A DNA stretch of 64,000 nt from NCBI GenBank assembly GCA_963675595.2, contig CAXXLZ010000002.1, forward strand, positions 256,001-320,000, in the 5' to 3' direction. The translations under genes and the position numbers were made by a program. Of the stretch, positions 1 to 11,075 are shown in pieces. Numbering within the stretch: the stretch's first letter is position 1; the number at the start of each line of letters is the position of its first letter. The notes under the pieces are model-generated. The model was not told the origin of the DNA. It was given only the letters and a program-made list of their open reading frames with translations, and ran no database searches. This stretch comes from Thermodesulfobacteriota bacterium. GTDB lineage: Bacteria; Desulfobacterota; Desulfarculia; JACQYL01.

Positions 1-133
1 TGTTTGTCACTGATTCCTATGAAGCTGTAACACGGCGCTTGCTAGGCGCGGCACGCGTGGGGCTGCCGCGCGCAAGCACCGCGCCACAGCAGACCACGGC
101 AGCATCGGTTAACCGATGTGATACATAAACCGG

Positions 134-1310
<1,177 letters not shown>

Positions 1311-2459
1311 GGGGTGCGGGGCATAAGCGCTAACTTACGCCTTTTGTTTTGGTGAGGTTTATGGTACCATTGCCGCCAAAGGAGGTGGCAATGGAGCGTC
1401 TCGTTTTTTCCGAGGAAATGGAAGACTGGGAAGTTCTCCAGGGTTTTCTTCCCGATGGCTGGCAATCCAAAGCAAGGGAACTTGGTGCCGTTGTCAGATA
1501 CCGTAAGTTCGTGGACGCCGAAGGTCTGTTGCGAACGCTTCTGATCCATCTGGCGGAAGGTTGCTCACTTCGGCTGACGGCGGCCAAAGCCAGGTTCGGC
1601 AACATTACGTCGATTTCCGACGTAGCTCTCCTAAAACGACTGAATAAATGCGGAGAGTGGTTTCGGTGGATGGCCTTAGGGGTCATGGAGAAATGGTTTC
1701 GAAAGCTGCCCGCCGTTGTTTTTGGAGAGAATTCACGCATCAGGTTGATCGATGCCTCCACCATTCAAGAACCTGGAAGTACCGGAACGACTTGGAGGGT
1801 CCATTATTCCATACAATTGCCTTCGCTGCGCTGCGACGAAGTCTATGTAACAGACCCCAAGATCGGAGAATCCTTCACCAATTTCAAAGTCCATGGCGGT
1901 GAACTTCTTGTAGCGGATAGAGCCTATTGCACACCAAGAGGAATTCACCATGTCATAGACAACGGCGGCGACGTCCTGGTTCGAATGAAACACCGTGTCG
2001 CCATGGTGGACAAGCAAGGGGAACGATTCCAATTACTCCCTCATCTAAGGACGTTACGTGTAAATAAGCTTGGCGACTGGGATGCATTCGTTCCATTTGA
2101 ACAACGCTTGGTTGCAGGTAGAATCTGTGCCATCAAGAAGAGCAAAGACGCCACTGAAAAAGCTCGTAAAGCGATAGAAAAAGAGGCGAGGAAAAAAGGT
2201 CGCCAAGTTACTCCGGACACCCTCGAAGCGGCGGCCTACATATTTGTTTTCACAACATTGGGCCGTGAAATCTCGCCCTCTCAGGTCCTCGAGATGTACC
2301 GAGGTCGATGGCAAATTGAACTCGCTTTCAAGCGTCTAAAGTCCATTCTCGGTTTAGGCCATCTTAGAAAGACCGACATCGAAGGAGCCAAGGCCTGGAT
2401 CCATGGGAAACTACTGGTGGCTTTCTTAGTGGAGGCCATGATCGCCGCAGGCGAATCTT

Positions 2460-4335
2460 GATGCCGTCGTAAGAACCCCCCTTTACGAACAGGGCTGTTT
2501 TTTGGAGCATTGGAAGTTCAAGCGGCCATTGCAACACTGCCAAGGTTACTGTCATCGTGACATAGGCTACAAAGACGACGGAAATTATCGTTGCTGCCTC
2601 CCTCTATCGAGTTGGAAAGGGCCTTCTTGGCCTTATCAAGGCGGCTCTGGACGAACCTCTTGATGTTGATGGCCAGGGCCTTCATGAAAACAGATAAGGT
2701 GACCCGTTTTTTGCCTCGGGTCCACGATCGTTTCAATCCCGTGACCCGATCCGCTTCGGAGATGGTGGCCTCGATGCCGGACCGGATTTTGTAGCGTTCT
2801 TTGAAATCATGGCTTTCCTGCTGTAGTCTGCGCTTGGAGGTCGCCATGTCCTTGCGCTTGTACTTCAGTCGATAATTTCCGCCCTTGATCCGTTTTACCG
2901 GACAGATGGGGAGAAATTCGCATAGGAGACAGTGCTCGCGGGAAAACACGGCTTCCACCGCTTTGCCGCGGTCAACGATCTTGCATTCAAGTGGCGCGTG
3001 CCCCCGGATACAGTAAACGACCTGGGTGCAGTCCTCGTTCGTTTCAAAGTCACTCAACTGCATCTTATTGAGATCCGGCGCTTTTCCGCAAGTCACCGGA
3101 GCGGTAAGCTCGACTCCGTGCTCGTGAGCTTGAAGGATGTTCTCGCCGCTGCCGTAGCCTGCGTCGGCGAACAACTCTTCGGGTTTGCGGCCCGTTTCCT
3201 CCAGGCGTTCGATAACGGGCATCACGTCTTTCTGGTCGCTGTCATAGGAAGGGGCCACGTCCACATCGGTGATCACCTGGAAGGGATTTTCCTTCACGCA
3301 GGTCTCCGTGAGGGAAGCCTTATATCCTTTGCCCTTGCGCCCATAGGTGGCGTCGGGATCCGAAGGATTCTGCAGGGAGTCCGCAGGGATTTCCTTGGGC
3401 TTCTCGAGTTCTGTTTTGTCGGGATCTCCCTCGGTGAAACGGCATTGCTCCGACAGTAGTCGGGCCATCAGCCGGTATTCTTTCATTCGGCTGATTTCCG
3501 GATGACCTCGGAAGCGGTCCACCAGGTCGGCGAGATGGCGGGCGGACTTGTCCAGACGACGCTTGGCCCGCGATGATTTTGCATCGGCAAAATAGCCTGC
3601 GCGCTTCAAGTAGGCCTTGTCGTAAAGTCGGGGCAGTTTCTCATACAACTTGGGATGTTTCTTATGGAGCCGTTTCAAGAACGCCTCGATGGTGCGCGTA
3701 AAGAGCCCCAGACGGCTCAGATGAGCCATGTTGGAAGTGATCTGTGTGGAGTCCAACCGCTGTTTGTCCGTGCTAAGGGCCGCCGTCTCGATGATGGCGT
3801 CCGTGATTCCGGTAAAGAGGCTCCGCGCTTGCTTGTTGTCGGTAATCAAGGTCCGGAAATTGTGCAGGGTCTTCTGGCAGACGTGAGATTCAAAGGCGTT
3901 GATGTTGAAGGCATATTGCCAACGCAGATCGAAGTCCAGAGCGCCCAAGACTTCCGCATCGGTCAGGCTGTTCATTTCCTTCAAAACACACGCTCCGACA
4001 AGGATGGCCACGGGTCTGTTGGGCCTGCCGTTGTCCTCACAGTAGAAAGGCCGGAAAGACTCCTCATCGATCATGGGAAGCACCAGGCGCCGGAACGGAC
4101 CGGCCCACGTCTTCTCCAACGCCTCGATCCTGTCTGCGGGAAGGCAAATATCGTGGTCGAAAATGGTCTTTTGCGTTCTCTTAGGCCGAAACAAAACAAC
4201 CCCCCTAAGGACCATATTATTAATCAAGTCAGATACTTATCATACAGGACCCAAAAGAAAGGTCAACCCATAAATGCCATTTTTATTCATATTTTCAACT
4301 AGATACCTTTACGGAGAGGTTTTTACGAACTCATC
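2460..4335 (-). mobile_element. IS1182/IS5-like insertion sequence
   Basis: Imperfect TIRs GATGCCGTCGTAAGAACC / GATGAGTTCGTAAAAACC. Direct repeat AATCTT at 2454-2459 and 4336-4341. Confidence 0.88.
2518..4227 (-). CDS. DDE transposase (IS1182/IS5-like); start codon uncertain
   Basis: GRP, LDST, DPDA, ADAGY and YKIRSGIEATISE motifs, plus a Cys-rich insertion. Confidence 0.9.
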   Translation of the reverse strand: MINNMVLRGVVLFRPKRTQKTIFDHDICLPADRIEALEKTWAGPFRRLVLPMIDEESFRPFYCEDNGRPNRPVAILVGACVLKEMNSLTDAEVLGALDFDLRWQYAFNINAFESHVCQKTLHNFRTLITDNKQARSLFTGITDAIIETAALSTDKQRLDSTQITSNMAHLSRLGLFTRTIEAFLKRLHKKHPKLYEKLPRLYDKAYLKRAGYFADAKSSRAKRRLDKSARHLADLVDRFRGHPEISRMKEYRLMARLLSEQCRFTEGDPDKTELEKPKEIPADSLQNPSDPDATYGRKGKGYKASLTETCVKENPFQVITDVDVAPSYDSDQKDVMPVIERLEETGRKPEELFADAGYGSGENILQAHEHGVELTAPVTCGKAPDLNKMQLSDFETNEDCTQVVYCIRGHAPLECKIVDRGKAVEAVFSREHCLLCEFLPICPVKRIKGGNYRLKYKRKDMATSKRRLQQESHDFKERYKIRSGIEATISEADRVTGLKRSWTRGKKRVTLSVFMKALAINIKRFVQSRLDKAKKALSNSIEGGSNDNFRRLCSLCHDDSNLGSVAMAA

Positions 4336-4725
4336 AATCTTTTTTTCCCTGGGGATACCCACTCCAAAAAGAACCACCGTAGAAATCGATGCTTCTGGAG
4401 AGAGACCATGTTTATGTTACACCTGCTGAAACAAGCCGTGAACCCTAAACTCGGCTTGGCCGAATGCATTGCCGGCTGGGATAACATATCTTTTTATTTG
4501 CGAGAACCGCCAAGGAAACGAGCACTTCAGCGGCTGATTCCTCAGACGGAAAGAAGCATAGCAAACAATGCTTAAGTTAGCGCTTATGGGGGTGCGGGGG
4601 AGGACTTTTTCAAAAGTCCCCCCCGTAAGTAAGTAAATGCCTACCTTTCGTTTCCCTAAGACGATCATAGCCGAGTTCAATGCTTCCCGGCTTTGCGAGG
4701 ATTCCCTGAAAAGAAGGACTACGTA

Positions 4726-5445
4726 TTGTTCCTTGACGTGGTAAGGCTGACCAAATCTTTCGGTGGATTGACCGCGGTAAACGAGTTGGATATCGCAGTT
4801 CAGGAAGGCGAAATCCTCGGGCTTATCGGACCCAACGGGTCTGGAAGAACCACGCTGTTCAGCCTGATAACGGGATTCTTGAAGCCTGATTCGGGCGGCG
4901 TCTATTTCAAGGGCAAGGAGATCACAGGCCTCAAACCTCACGCGATCTGTGAAAGCGGTGTCGCCAGGACCTTCCAATCGGTCCGACCGTTCAGCAGGAT
5001 GACGGCCGCGGAAAATGTCATGGTGGGCAGAACCTACGGAAGGAACCCGGCTTCCGGCTTAGGTGAGGCATTGGAAGAATCCAAGGAAATCTTGGGGTAT
5101 GTGGGGCTTGAGGGGAAATGGAACGTCGCAGCGGGTAAACTCACACTGTCCGATCGCAAGAGACTTGAACTTGCCAGAGCTTTGGCGACAAAGCCTCATT
5201 TGCTTCTGCTGGATGAAGTCATGGCCGGTCTGAATCCGACGGAAGCCCGGGAGGCCGCAGAATTGGTTCGAAATATACGAGATTCCGGAGTGACCGTGGT
5301 CATGGTGGAGCACAATATCAAGGTTGTCATGCAAATCTCCAGCAGGGTGACGGTGATCAGTTCCGGAGAAAAGATATTTGAAGGCCCTCCCCGGGAGGCG
5401 GCAAGGGATCAAAAGGTCATCAATTCCTATTTGGGGAGGACCTAA
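4726..5445 (+). CDS. livG: Branched-chain amino acid-type ABC transporter ATPase
   Basis: FGGLTAV, GPNGSGRTT (Walker A Lys replaced by Arg), LLLLDE and VEH motifs. TTG start follows AAGGA. Confidence 0.88.
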   Translation: MFLDVVRLTKSFGGLTAVNELDIAVQEGEILGLIGPNGSGRTTLFSLITGFLKPDSGGVYFKGKEITGLKPHAICESGVARTFQSVRPFSRMTAAENVMVGRTYGRNPASGLGEALEESKEILGYVGLEGKWNVAAGKLTLSDRKRLELARALATKPHLLLLDEVMAGLNPTEAREAAELVRNIRDSGVTVVMVEHNIKVVMQISSRVTVISSGEKIFEGPPREAARDQKVINSYLGRT

Positions 5446-5447
5446 GC

Positions 5448-6167
5448 TTGCTCGACGTAGACAGGATCGACGTCTTTTATGGAGATCTCCAAGCAGTGTG
5501 GGAGGTCTCCTTTTCGGTGGAAGAAAAGGGAATCGTCGCAATTCTTGGATCCAACGGGTCCGGCAAATCCACCATACTCAAGACTCTGGCCGGCTTGCTC
5601 GTCCCCTCTAAAGGAAGCATACAATTCAAAGGATCGCGTATAGATACGTTATCCGCCCATAAAAGAGTGGATCTGGGGATTTGTCTCGTTCCGGAGGGCA
5701 GAGGGCTGTTCCCGGGAATGAGCGTTCTGGAAAACCTTGAATTGGGCGCCTTCAATACCGAAGCGAGAAAAAGAACGAAGGAAACCCTGGAATACGTACA
5801 CGGAATGTTTCCGATCCTTGCAGGGAGAGAACGACAGCCGGCCGGGACCCTGAGTGGAGGGGAACAACAGATGGTTGCCATAGCAAGAGGCCTGATGGCC
5901 AAGCCGGAACTGTTGCTTCTCGACGAACCGTCTCTCGGTTTGGCTCCTTTGGTTACCGGCGCCATCTTTGAGGCTATAGAGCAAGCCAACGAAACGGGAC
6001 TCACCATGGTTTTGGTGGAGCAGAATGTCGAGCGGTCTCTGAAGCTTGCGGGCACAGCCTACATCATTGAGAACGGACGTATTGTCGGACAGGGAGATGC
6101 CGATCACCTGTTACACGATCAGCGAGTTAGAGATGCCTATCTGGGAGTCGACGAATCCTCCAGCTGA
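5448..6167 (+). CDS. livF: Branched-chain amino acid-type ABC transporter ATPase
   Basis: GSNGSGKST, LSGGEQQM, LLDEPSLGLAP and VEQN motifs. Confidence 0.92.
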   Translation: MLDVDRIDVFYGDLQAVWEVSFSVEEKGIVAILGSNGSGKSTILKTLAGLLVPSKGSIQFKGSRIDTLSAHKRVDLGICLVPEGRGLFPGMSVLENLELGAFNTEARKRTKETLEYVHGMFPILAGRERQPAGTLSGGEQQMVAIARGLMAKPELLLLDEPSLGLAPLVTGAIFEAIEQANETGLTMVLVEQNVERSLKLAGTAYIIENGRIVGQGDADHLLHDQRVRDAYLGVDESSS

Positions 6168-6176
6168 GTTGGACCG

Positions 6177-7064
6177 ATGACCTTTGAATTTCTCATTCAG
6201 ATTATGGTATTCGGCGTCTTTGTTGGATCTCTGTATGGTTTGGCCGCAGTTGGGTTCAGCTTTATTTATGGTGTTATGAGGATCCTGAATATCGCCCATG
6301 GAGAACTGATTATGTTGGGCGGTTACGTTGGGTTCTCCATATGTTCCTACTATCATATCGATCCCTTTCTTTCACTGCCCCTGGTCGGAGTGGTTCTTTT
6401 TGTCCTCGGCGCGGGCTTGTACAAGGCTTTCTTCTCAAGAATCATCAAATTCAACGAAGAACTCCGGACCAATACTTCCCTGCTCATTTCCTTCGGCTTA
6501 ATCCTGATACTCGAACAAAGCGCACTTCTTTCCTTTAGTGCAAATGATAGAAGTTCCTCCCCTTCCTATGCAGGTCTCGGAATGGAAATTTATAACATAC
6601 AGTTTCCTTACCTTAGAATGGGTATACTACTCGTATCTATAGTATTGATTTTTGGACTTCAACTATTCCTGCGTAAGACCTATTTGGGCAAAAGTATCAG
6701 AGCGGCGGCGGAGAATTGGGAATCAGCGACCCTTGTCGGTATTAACATCAAACGTGTTTATCTGATCTCCTTTTCCTTGTCGTGTGCATTAGCGGGCATG
6801 GCGGGGAGCATGATTGCGGTCGGTTATTCAATCAATCCCACGATGGGATTGGAGTGGATCCTCAAGGCAATGGTCATCGCGATCATGGCCGGAGTGGGAA
6901 GCATCGGGGGCGCATTCATTGCCGGCGTCATGCTGGGAGTCGTGGAAGCGGTCAGTTCAATCTATCTGGGACCTTATATGCAGGGGATCGGACTCGTCAT
7001 CTTTCTCATGGTGTTGATGTTGAGGCCGCAAGGCCTGTTCGGAGCAAAACGGGGAAGAGTGTAA
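6177..7064 (+). CDS. livH: ABC transporter permease
   Basis: NIAHGE, GKSIRA and RPQGLFG motifs; multiple TM helices. Confidence 0.92.
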   Translation: MTFEFLIQIMVFGVFVGSLYGLAAVGFSFIYGVMRILNIAHGELIMLGGYVGFSICSYYHIDPFLSLPLVGVVLFVLGAGLYKAFFSRIIKFNEELRTNTSLLISFGLILILEQSALLSFSANDRSSSPSYAGLGMEIYNIQFPYLRMGILLVSIVLIFGLQLFLRKTYLGKSIRAAAENWESATLVGINIKRVYLISFSLSCALAGMAGSMIAVGYSINPTMGLEWILKAMVIAIMAGVGSIGGAFIAGVMLGVVEAVSSIYLGPYMQGIGLVIFLMVLMLRPQGLFGAKRGRV

Positions 7065-7065
7065 G

Positions 7066-8007
7066 ATGCTTGGGAGACGGAAAGGTCTTTTCATAGGGAG
7101 CCTGGTTGTCTCGTTGTTATACCTGCTGCCCGGAGTGGTTTCGAAGACGGACGTCTTGAATCTGTCCTGCCTTGTATTCCTGTTTGTCATGCTGAGTGAG
7201 AGCTGGAACATCCTCGGCGGATACGCGGGCCAAGTAAACCTTGGACACGCCTGCTTCTTCGGTTTAGGGGCCCTGGTAACCCGTCTCCTATGGTTCTCGG
7301 GTATGCCGCTCCTGGTGACCCTTTTTCTCGGTGGTCTCGCGGCCCTTGTGTTTGCCCTCATCATAGGTTTACCCGCCTTTCGCCTGAGGGGCGCCTACTT
7401 TGTCATAGGCACGTTGGCGCTGGCGGAAATCATGAGAATCGTCGTGAGTAACGCATTACCCACCATAAGTTCCATGCCTTCTCAATTCATTGCCTCCTAC
7501 AGCCTCGTTCCTCGCTATTATCTGTCACTCACGCTGGCTGTCGGGACGGTAGCCGTCGTTCATCTCCTCAGCCGTTCCAGACCGGGACTTGCGATGGTCG
7601 CAATCAAGGAAGGTGAAGACACGGCTGAAGCATCGGGAGTAGATACCTTCAAATACAAGCTCATGGCTCTCGGGTTGAGCACCTTTTTGGCGGGCCTGGC
7701 CGGCGGACTCTTCGCCTTTTTTCATGTGAGCTACTATCCGGCCCAACCCTTCGGCGTGCACTGGACCTTCGATGCCTTGTTCATCGCCTATATCGGAGGA
7801 ATAGGCACCGTGGGAGGCCCCATCATCGGGACGTTGTTCTATATTGGTCTGAGGGAGCTGTTTCCTCTTGTCCTACCACCCGAAATCCACACCATCGTCT
7901 TTGGTATCATGTTCATCCTGGTGATCCTGCTCATGCCCAATGGTTTGGTGGAGCTGCCGGGAAAATTTCGGAGATTCATGGTGGGCTCCGAGCCGCCAAG
8001 GGAATGA
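7066..8007 (+). CDS. livM: ABC transporter permease
   Basis: SWNILGGYAGQVNLGHACFFGLGA, RLRGAYF and PNGL motifs. Confidence 0.92.
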   Translation: MLGRRKGLFIGSLVVSLLYLLPGVVSKTDVLNLSCLVFLFVMLSESWNILGGYAGQVNLGHACFFGLGALVTRLLWFSGMPLLVTLFLGGLAALVFALIIGLPAFRLRGAYFVIGTLALAEIMRIVVSNALPTISSMPSQFIASYSLVPRYYLSLTLAVGTVAVVHLLSRSRPGLAMVAIKEGEDTAEASGVDTFKYKLMALGLSTFLAGLAGGLFAFFHVSYYPAQPFGVHWTFDALFIAYIGGIGTVGGPIIGTLFYIGLRELFPLVLPPEIHTIVFGIMFILVILLMPNGLVELPGKFRRFMVGSEPPRE

Positions 8008-8477
8008 AGTGCGCCAAGGGACGGCCTCTATCTGGAACTGAAGGCTTGCATGATCGATTTCGCGTGGGGTTTTTGGTGAGACCTGAAAAAATTGCCTAAA
8101 ATAAGCAGCAGAAAGCCGCAAGACTCGCCATGTCATCGAAACGGGCCGCTAGATTGAACAATACTTTTTGGACATTTTTTAGCCGGCACGTAACCGGTTC
8201 CGCCCATCCGATCTCATAAACTCTCGCCTTGACCTGCGCATCATCGGAAATAGTCCCCGCATACAAAATTCCATCAGCGCTTGGCAAATCGTCTACGCCG
8301 ATCTCCTCCGCCGTCACCGAGGGCGAACCGGTCTTCCTCCGCCACGAGGTCCCCGGGTACGACTCGAACCTACGATTCAACGCGTGCATTGATTCGGTTG
8401 TCGAAAGGACGCGTTGATGGTCCCTTTTGATCCTGAATCCGACCGCCCTCTCACGCGTCTTAAAATGCCCTGTGACG

Positions 8478-9302
8478 CTACTCCACGTCGCCGTCCCAGG
8501 CATAGGCTGTGACAGGAACGGGGTGCATGTACACTTCCTTCACTCCGGGCGTCTGCTGGGCCATGGTCTTGATTTGATCGGCCAGTTCCGGGGCTACGGT
8601 CAGGTTGACCTTGGCGTCTATGGTGACTTTTCCGTCTTCGGCCTGCACCTCGACCGCTGGGAAGTCGTGTACCAGCCGGACCTTGACCCGGGCGGCCAGC
8701 AGCAGGTTGTCCAAGGTCCGTTGCGACTCCGGAGTGGTCTTGAACTGCTCCAATTGCGCGGTTTCGCAGATGATGTTGACCGCGTTTTCCACATGGAGCT
8801 TGTGCACGTGCAGCACCAGGTCGTACAGGCTCGGATCCCAGGTGTCCAAACCAAAGAGATGGTGACTCCACTTCCGTCGCTCCTGGTCATCCTTGCGCAG
8901 GCGGGCCAGGGCGTCTTCACGACTCAGATGCTCCCGCTTCATCTCGAGTTCCACTCGGTCCTCCATATCCGCCAGGATACGCACCTTGAGCACATGAGAA
9001 ACTCCGTGTAAAAGAAACTGGCCGGCCAAACCGTGGTAGACCACGTTGTCATGGTGAACCCGCTCGAGGAAGGCCGCGGTGATATAGGCGAGATAGCGCT
9101 CTTTGCCGTAGGTTAAGCGCTGCAGGATGGACGGGGCGTCGTGCAGGGCGCGCTCCAGTTTGATCTCCGGTATGTTGAACTGCTCGGACGCCTCGATCAG
9201 GATTTCTCTCGATACGCACTCGTAACCCAGATTTCGGGCGACACTTTGGGCTACTTCCTTGCCTTTGCTGAAAGAGCCTCTGGAAATGGTAATTATGGCC
9301 AA
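8478..9302 (-). CDS. Cytidylate kinase-like family protein with C-terminal BON-like domain
   Basis: IITISRGSFSKGKEVA, VLKVRI, DQERRKW and DPSLYDLVL motifs; BON-like tail. Confidence 0.8.
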   Translation of the reverse strand: MAIITISRGSFSKGKEVAQSVARNLGYECVSREILIEASEQFNIPEIKLERALHDAPSILQRLTYGKERYLAYITAAFLERVHHDNVVYHGLAGQFLLHGVSHVLKVRILADMEDRVELEMKREHLSREDALARLRKDDQERRKWSHHLFGLDTWDPSLYDLVLHVHKLHVENAVNIICETAQLEQFKTTPESQRTLDNLLLAARVKVRLVHDFPAVEVQAEDGKVTIDAKVNLTVAPELADQIKTMAQQTPGVKEVYMHPVPVTAYAWDGDVE

Positions 9303-9361
9303 GACGCTCTCCTATCGATAGAAGGAAGATCGATGATTCCCCACCGGTGCGGCCCGCCGGG

Positions 9362-10150
9362 CTAGTGGCCATCGCCCTTGCGGTGAAAAATGAGGCCGGT
9401 GAGCATGCCCACTGCTCCGGCCAGCACCACGGCCAGAAGTCCGTACAATATCCCGTGATGTTGTGCCATGGCGTGCAACACGGCCGGCAACCCTTCCAGT
9501 TCAACGTTGAACGAGGCGGAGCGCTTTTCGATGATGGCGCCGTTCCGGACGATCCACATCGTCACATAGTAGGTTCCGGGTTTGAGTCTCGAGGGTAGAT
9601 GAAACTCGGCGTGAGCCCGCCACAGGTCAGGGCCTGCATGGGTGATCTCCAAACCGCCGGGGTAGAGTCGGTAGAGTTGGTCTCGCTCCTTGAGCTGCAC
9701 AAACTCCCGGAAGATGGTGTCGTCCTCCACAGGTTTGATGCGTCCCTTGAACTCGGCTTTCCTTTCCAGTTCCGCATACCCCCACGGGAAGTTGCCGGCG
9801 TCGGGGGAAAGCAGAGCCGGGTCACTGCTCGATGCCATATAGAGCAGGGGAGTGTTCTCGATATCCACCTCCCCGCTGTTCATCCACAGATCCCAGTGTA
9901 GGGACTTACGCATCATTTCCTCTTCGATCCTCTTGCCGCGCACGGTCAACACGGCCTGGCAGTCTGCGGGCAGATCGCCTCTGATGCTCATCCGCACACC
10001 GGAAAAGAGGGAAGAGATCCTGACCAGCTCCGGCCGTACCACTATTTCTCCACCGGCCGTCGCAGGCAAGGCCGTTCCCAGGCACAGCAGCAGCATCAGA
10101 GCCGCCGAAACCGCCCGGTACCCTGTTCCGCAGAACGGCATGTCACTCAC
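9362..10150 (-). CDS. TIGR02186-like membrane-anchored protein (TauE partner)
   Basis: Signal peptide, ISSLFSG, LWMN and PGTY motifs, C-terminal TM helix (LYGLLAVVLA). Overlaps the upstream TauE gene. Confidence 0.75.
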   Translation of the reverse strand: MSDMPFCGTGYRAVSAALMLLLCLGTALPATAGGEIVVRPELVRISSLFSGVRMSIRGDLPADCQAVLTVRGKRIEEEMMRKSLHWDLWMNSGEVDIENTPLLYMASSSDPALLSPDAGNFPWGYAELERKAEFKGRIKPVEDDTIFREFVQLKERDQLYRLYPGGLEITHAGPDLWRAHAEFHLPSRLKPGTYYVTMWIVRNGAIIEKRSASFNVELEGLPAVLHAMAQHHGILYGLLAVVLAGAVGMLTGLIFHRKGDGH

Positions 10151-11075
10151 CCCCCTTGAAATCGAGCATGTAGTGGGGAGTCAGGATCAAACCCAGCAGG
10201 ATTTTGACCATGACGGCCAGCACGATGCAGGCCAAAAGGATCTTGAGGTGGTTCGACCGGAGCCGGTAGCTGAAGCGCGCTCCCAACTGGGCGCCGATAC
10301 TCGATCCCAGAAGCAACAGGAGGGCCAGCATCACATCCACGGTGTGGTTGGTGGCGGCCTGCATAACGGTCACGTTGGCGCAGACGAACACCTCCTGGAA
10401 CAGGTTGGTGCCTACTACCACGTGCATGGGCATCTTTAGAACGTAACACATCATGGGCACCATGATGAATCCGCCTCCCAGTCCCATGATGGCGGCCAGC
10501 ATGCCTACGAAAGCGCCTACCAGGAAGGGCACTATGGGGGACAAGGTCACATCCGATTTGGCGAAATGGGTCTGCCACGGCAAGGTCGAGATGAATCTGC
10601 GGAAACGCGAGGGGTGAGGAACGTGTTCCAGGGGGTATCCGGAGCCCGCTTCGCGGATGTGGGACCGAACGCCTTCTACGAGCATGTAGGAGCCCACCAG
10701 GGAAAGCATCACCACGTAAGTGATTTTGATGAAGAAATCGGCGTCCCCCAGGGTGCGCAGAAACCGGATGATCTGGACTCCCACCGTGCCGCCGAGAAAA
10801 CCGCCGGCCAACAGGATGAGCCCCATTTTCAAATCCACGTTACCCATTCGGTGGTGGGCAAAACTGCCCGAGGCCGTGGCGGCCACGATCTGGTTCGAAT
10901 CCGAGGCTGCTGCGATGGTGGGAGGTATGCCGGACATGATCAAGAGCGGGGTCATGAGGAATCCGCCTCCCACCCCGGTGAGGCCGGAAAGGAAACCCAC
11001 ACCGGCCCCCAGGCCCAGAAGCATGAAAATGTTGAGGCTGTGCCCGGCGATGGGCAGGTAGAAATCCCAATTCAT
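10143..11075 (-). CDS. TauE/SafE (TSUP) family permease
   Basis: Duplicated GVGGGFLMTP / GLGGGFIMVP motifs and GAQLGAR. Confidence 0.92.
   Translation of the reverse strand: MNWDFYLPIAGHSLNIFMLLGLGAGVGFLSGLTGVGGGFLMTPLLIMSGIPPTIAAASDSNQIVAATASGSFAHHRMGNVDLKMGLILLAGGFLGGTVGVQIIRFLRTLGDADFFIKITYVVMLSLVGSYMLVEGVRSHIREAGSGYPLEHVPHPSRFRRFISTLPWQTHFAKSDVTLSPIVPFLVGAFVGMLAAIMGLGGGFIMVPMMCYVLKMPMHVVVGTNLFQEVFVCANVTVMQAATNHTVDVMLALLLLLGSSIGAQLGARFSYRLRSNHLKILLACIVLAVMVKILLGLILTPHYMLDFKGGE

Larger units (their letters stand above)
1391..4382 (+). pseudogene. IS4 DDE transposase split near its C-terminus (1391-2461, resumes at 4342)
   Basis: IDAS, ADRAY and YRGRWQIELAFK motifs. Removing 2460-4341 restores ...AGES-FFPWGYPLQKEPP-stop. 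Confidence 0.88.
1322..4588 (+). mobile_element. IS4-family element interrupted by a second IS
   Basis: Perfect 16-bp TIR CATAAGCGCTAACTTA (1322-1337 / 4573-4588). 11-bp direct repeat GGGGTGCGGGG at 1311-1321 and 4589-4599. Confidence 0.93.

Noticed and set aside
8075-8195. Possible MITE or IS-end remnant after livM
   Set aside because: Only weak terminal symmetry, with no target duplication or second copy seen.
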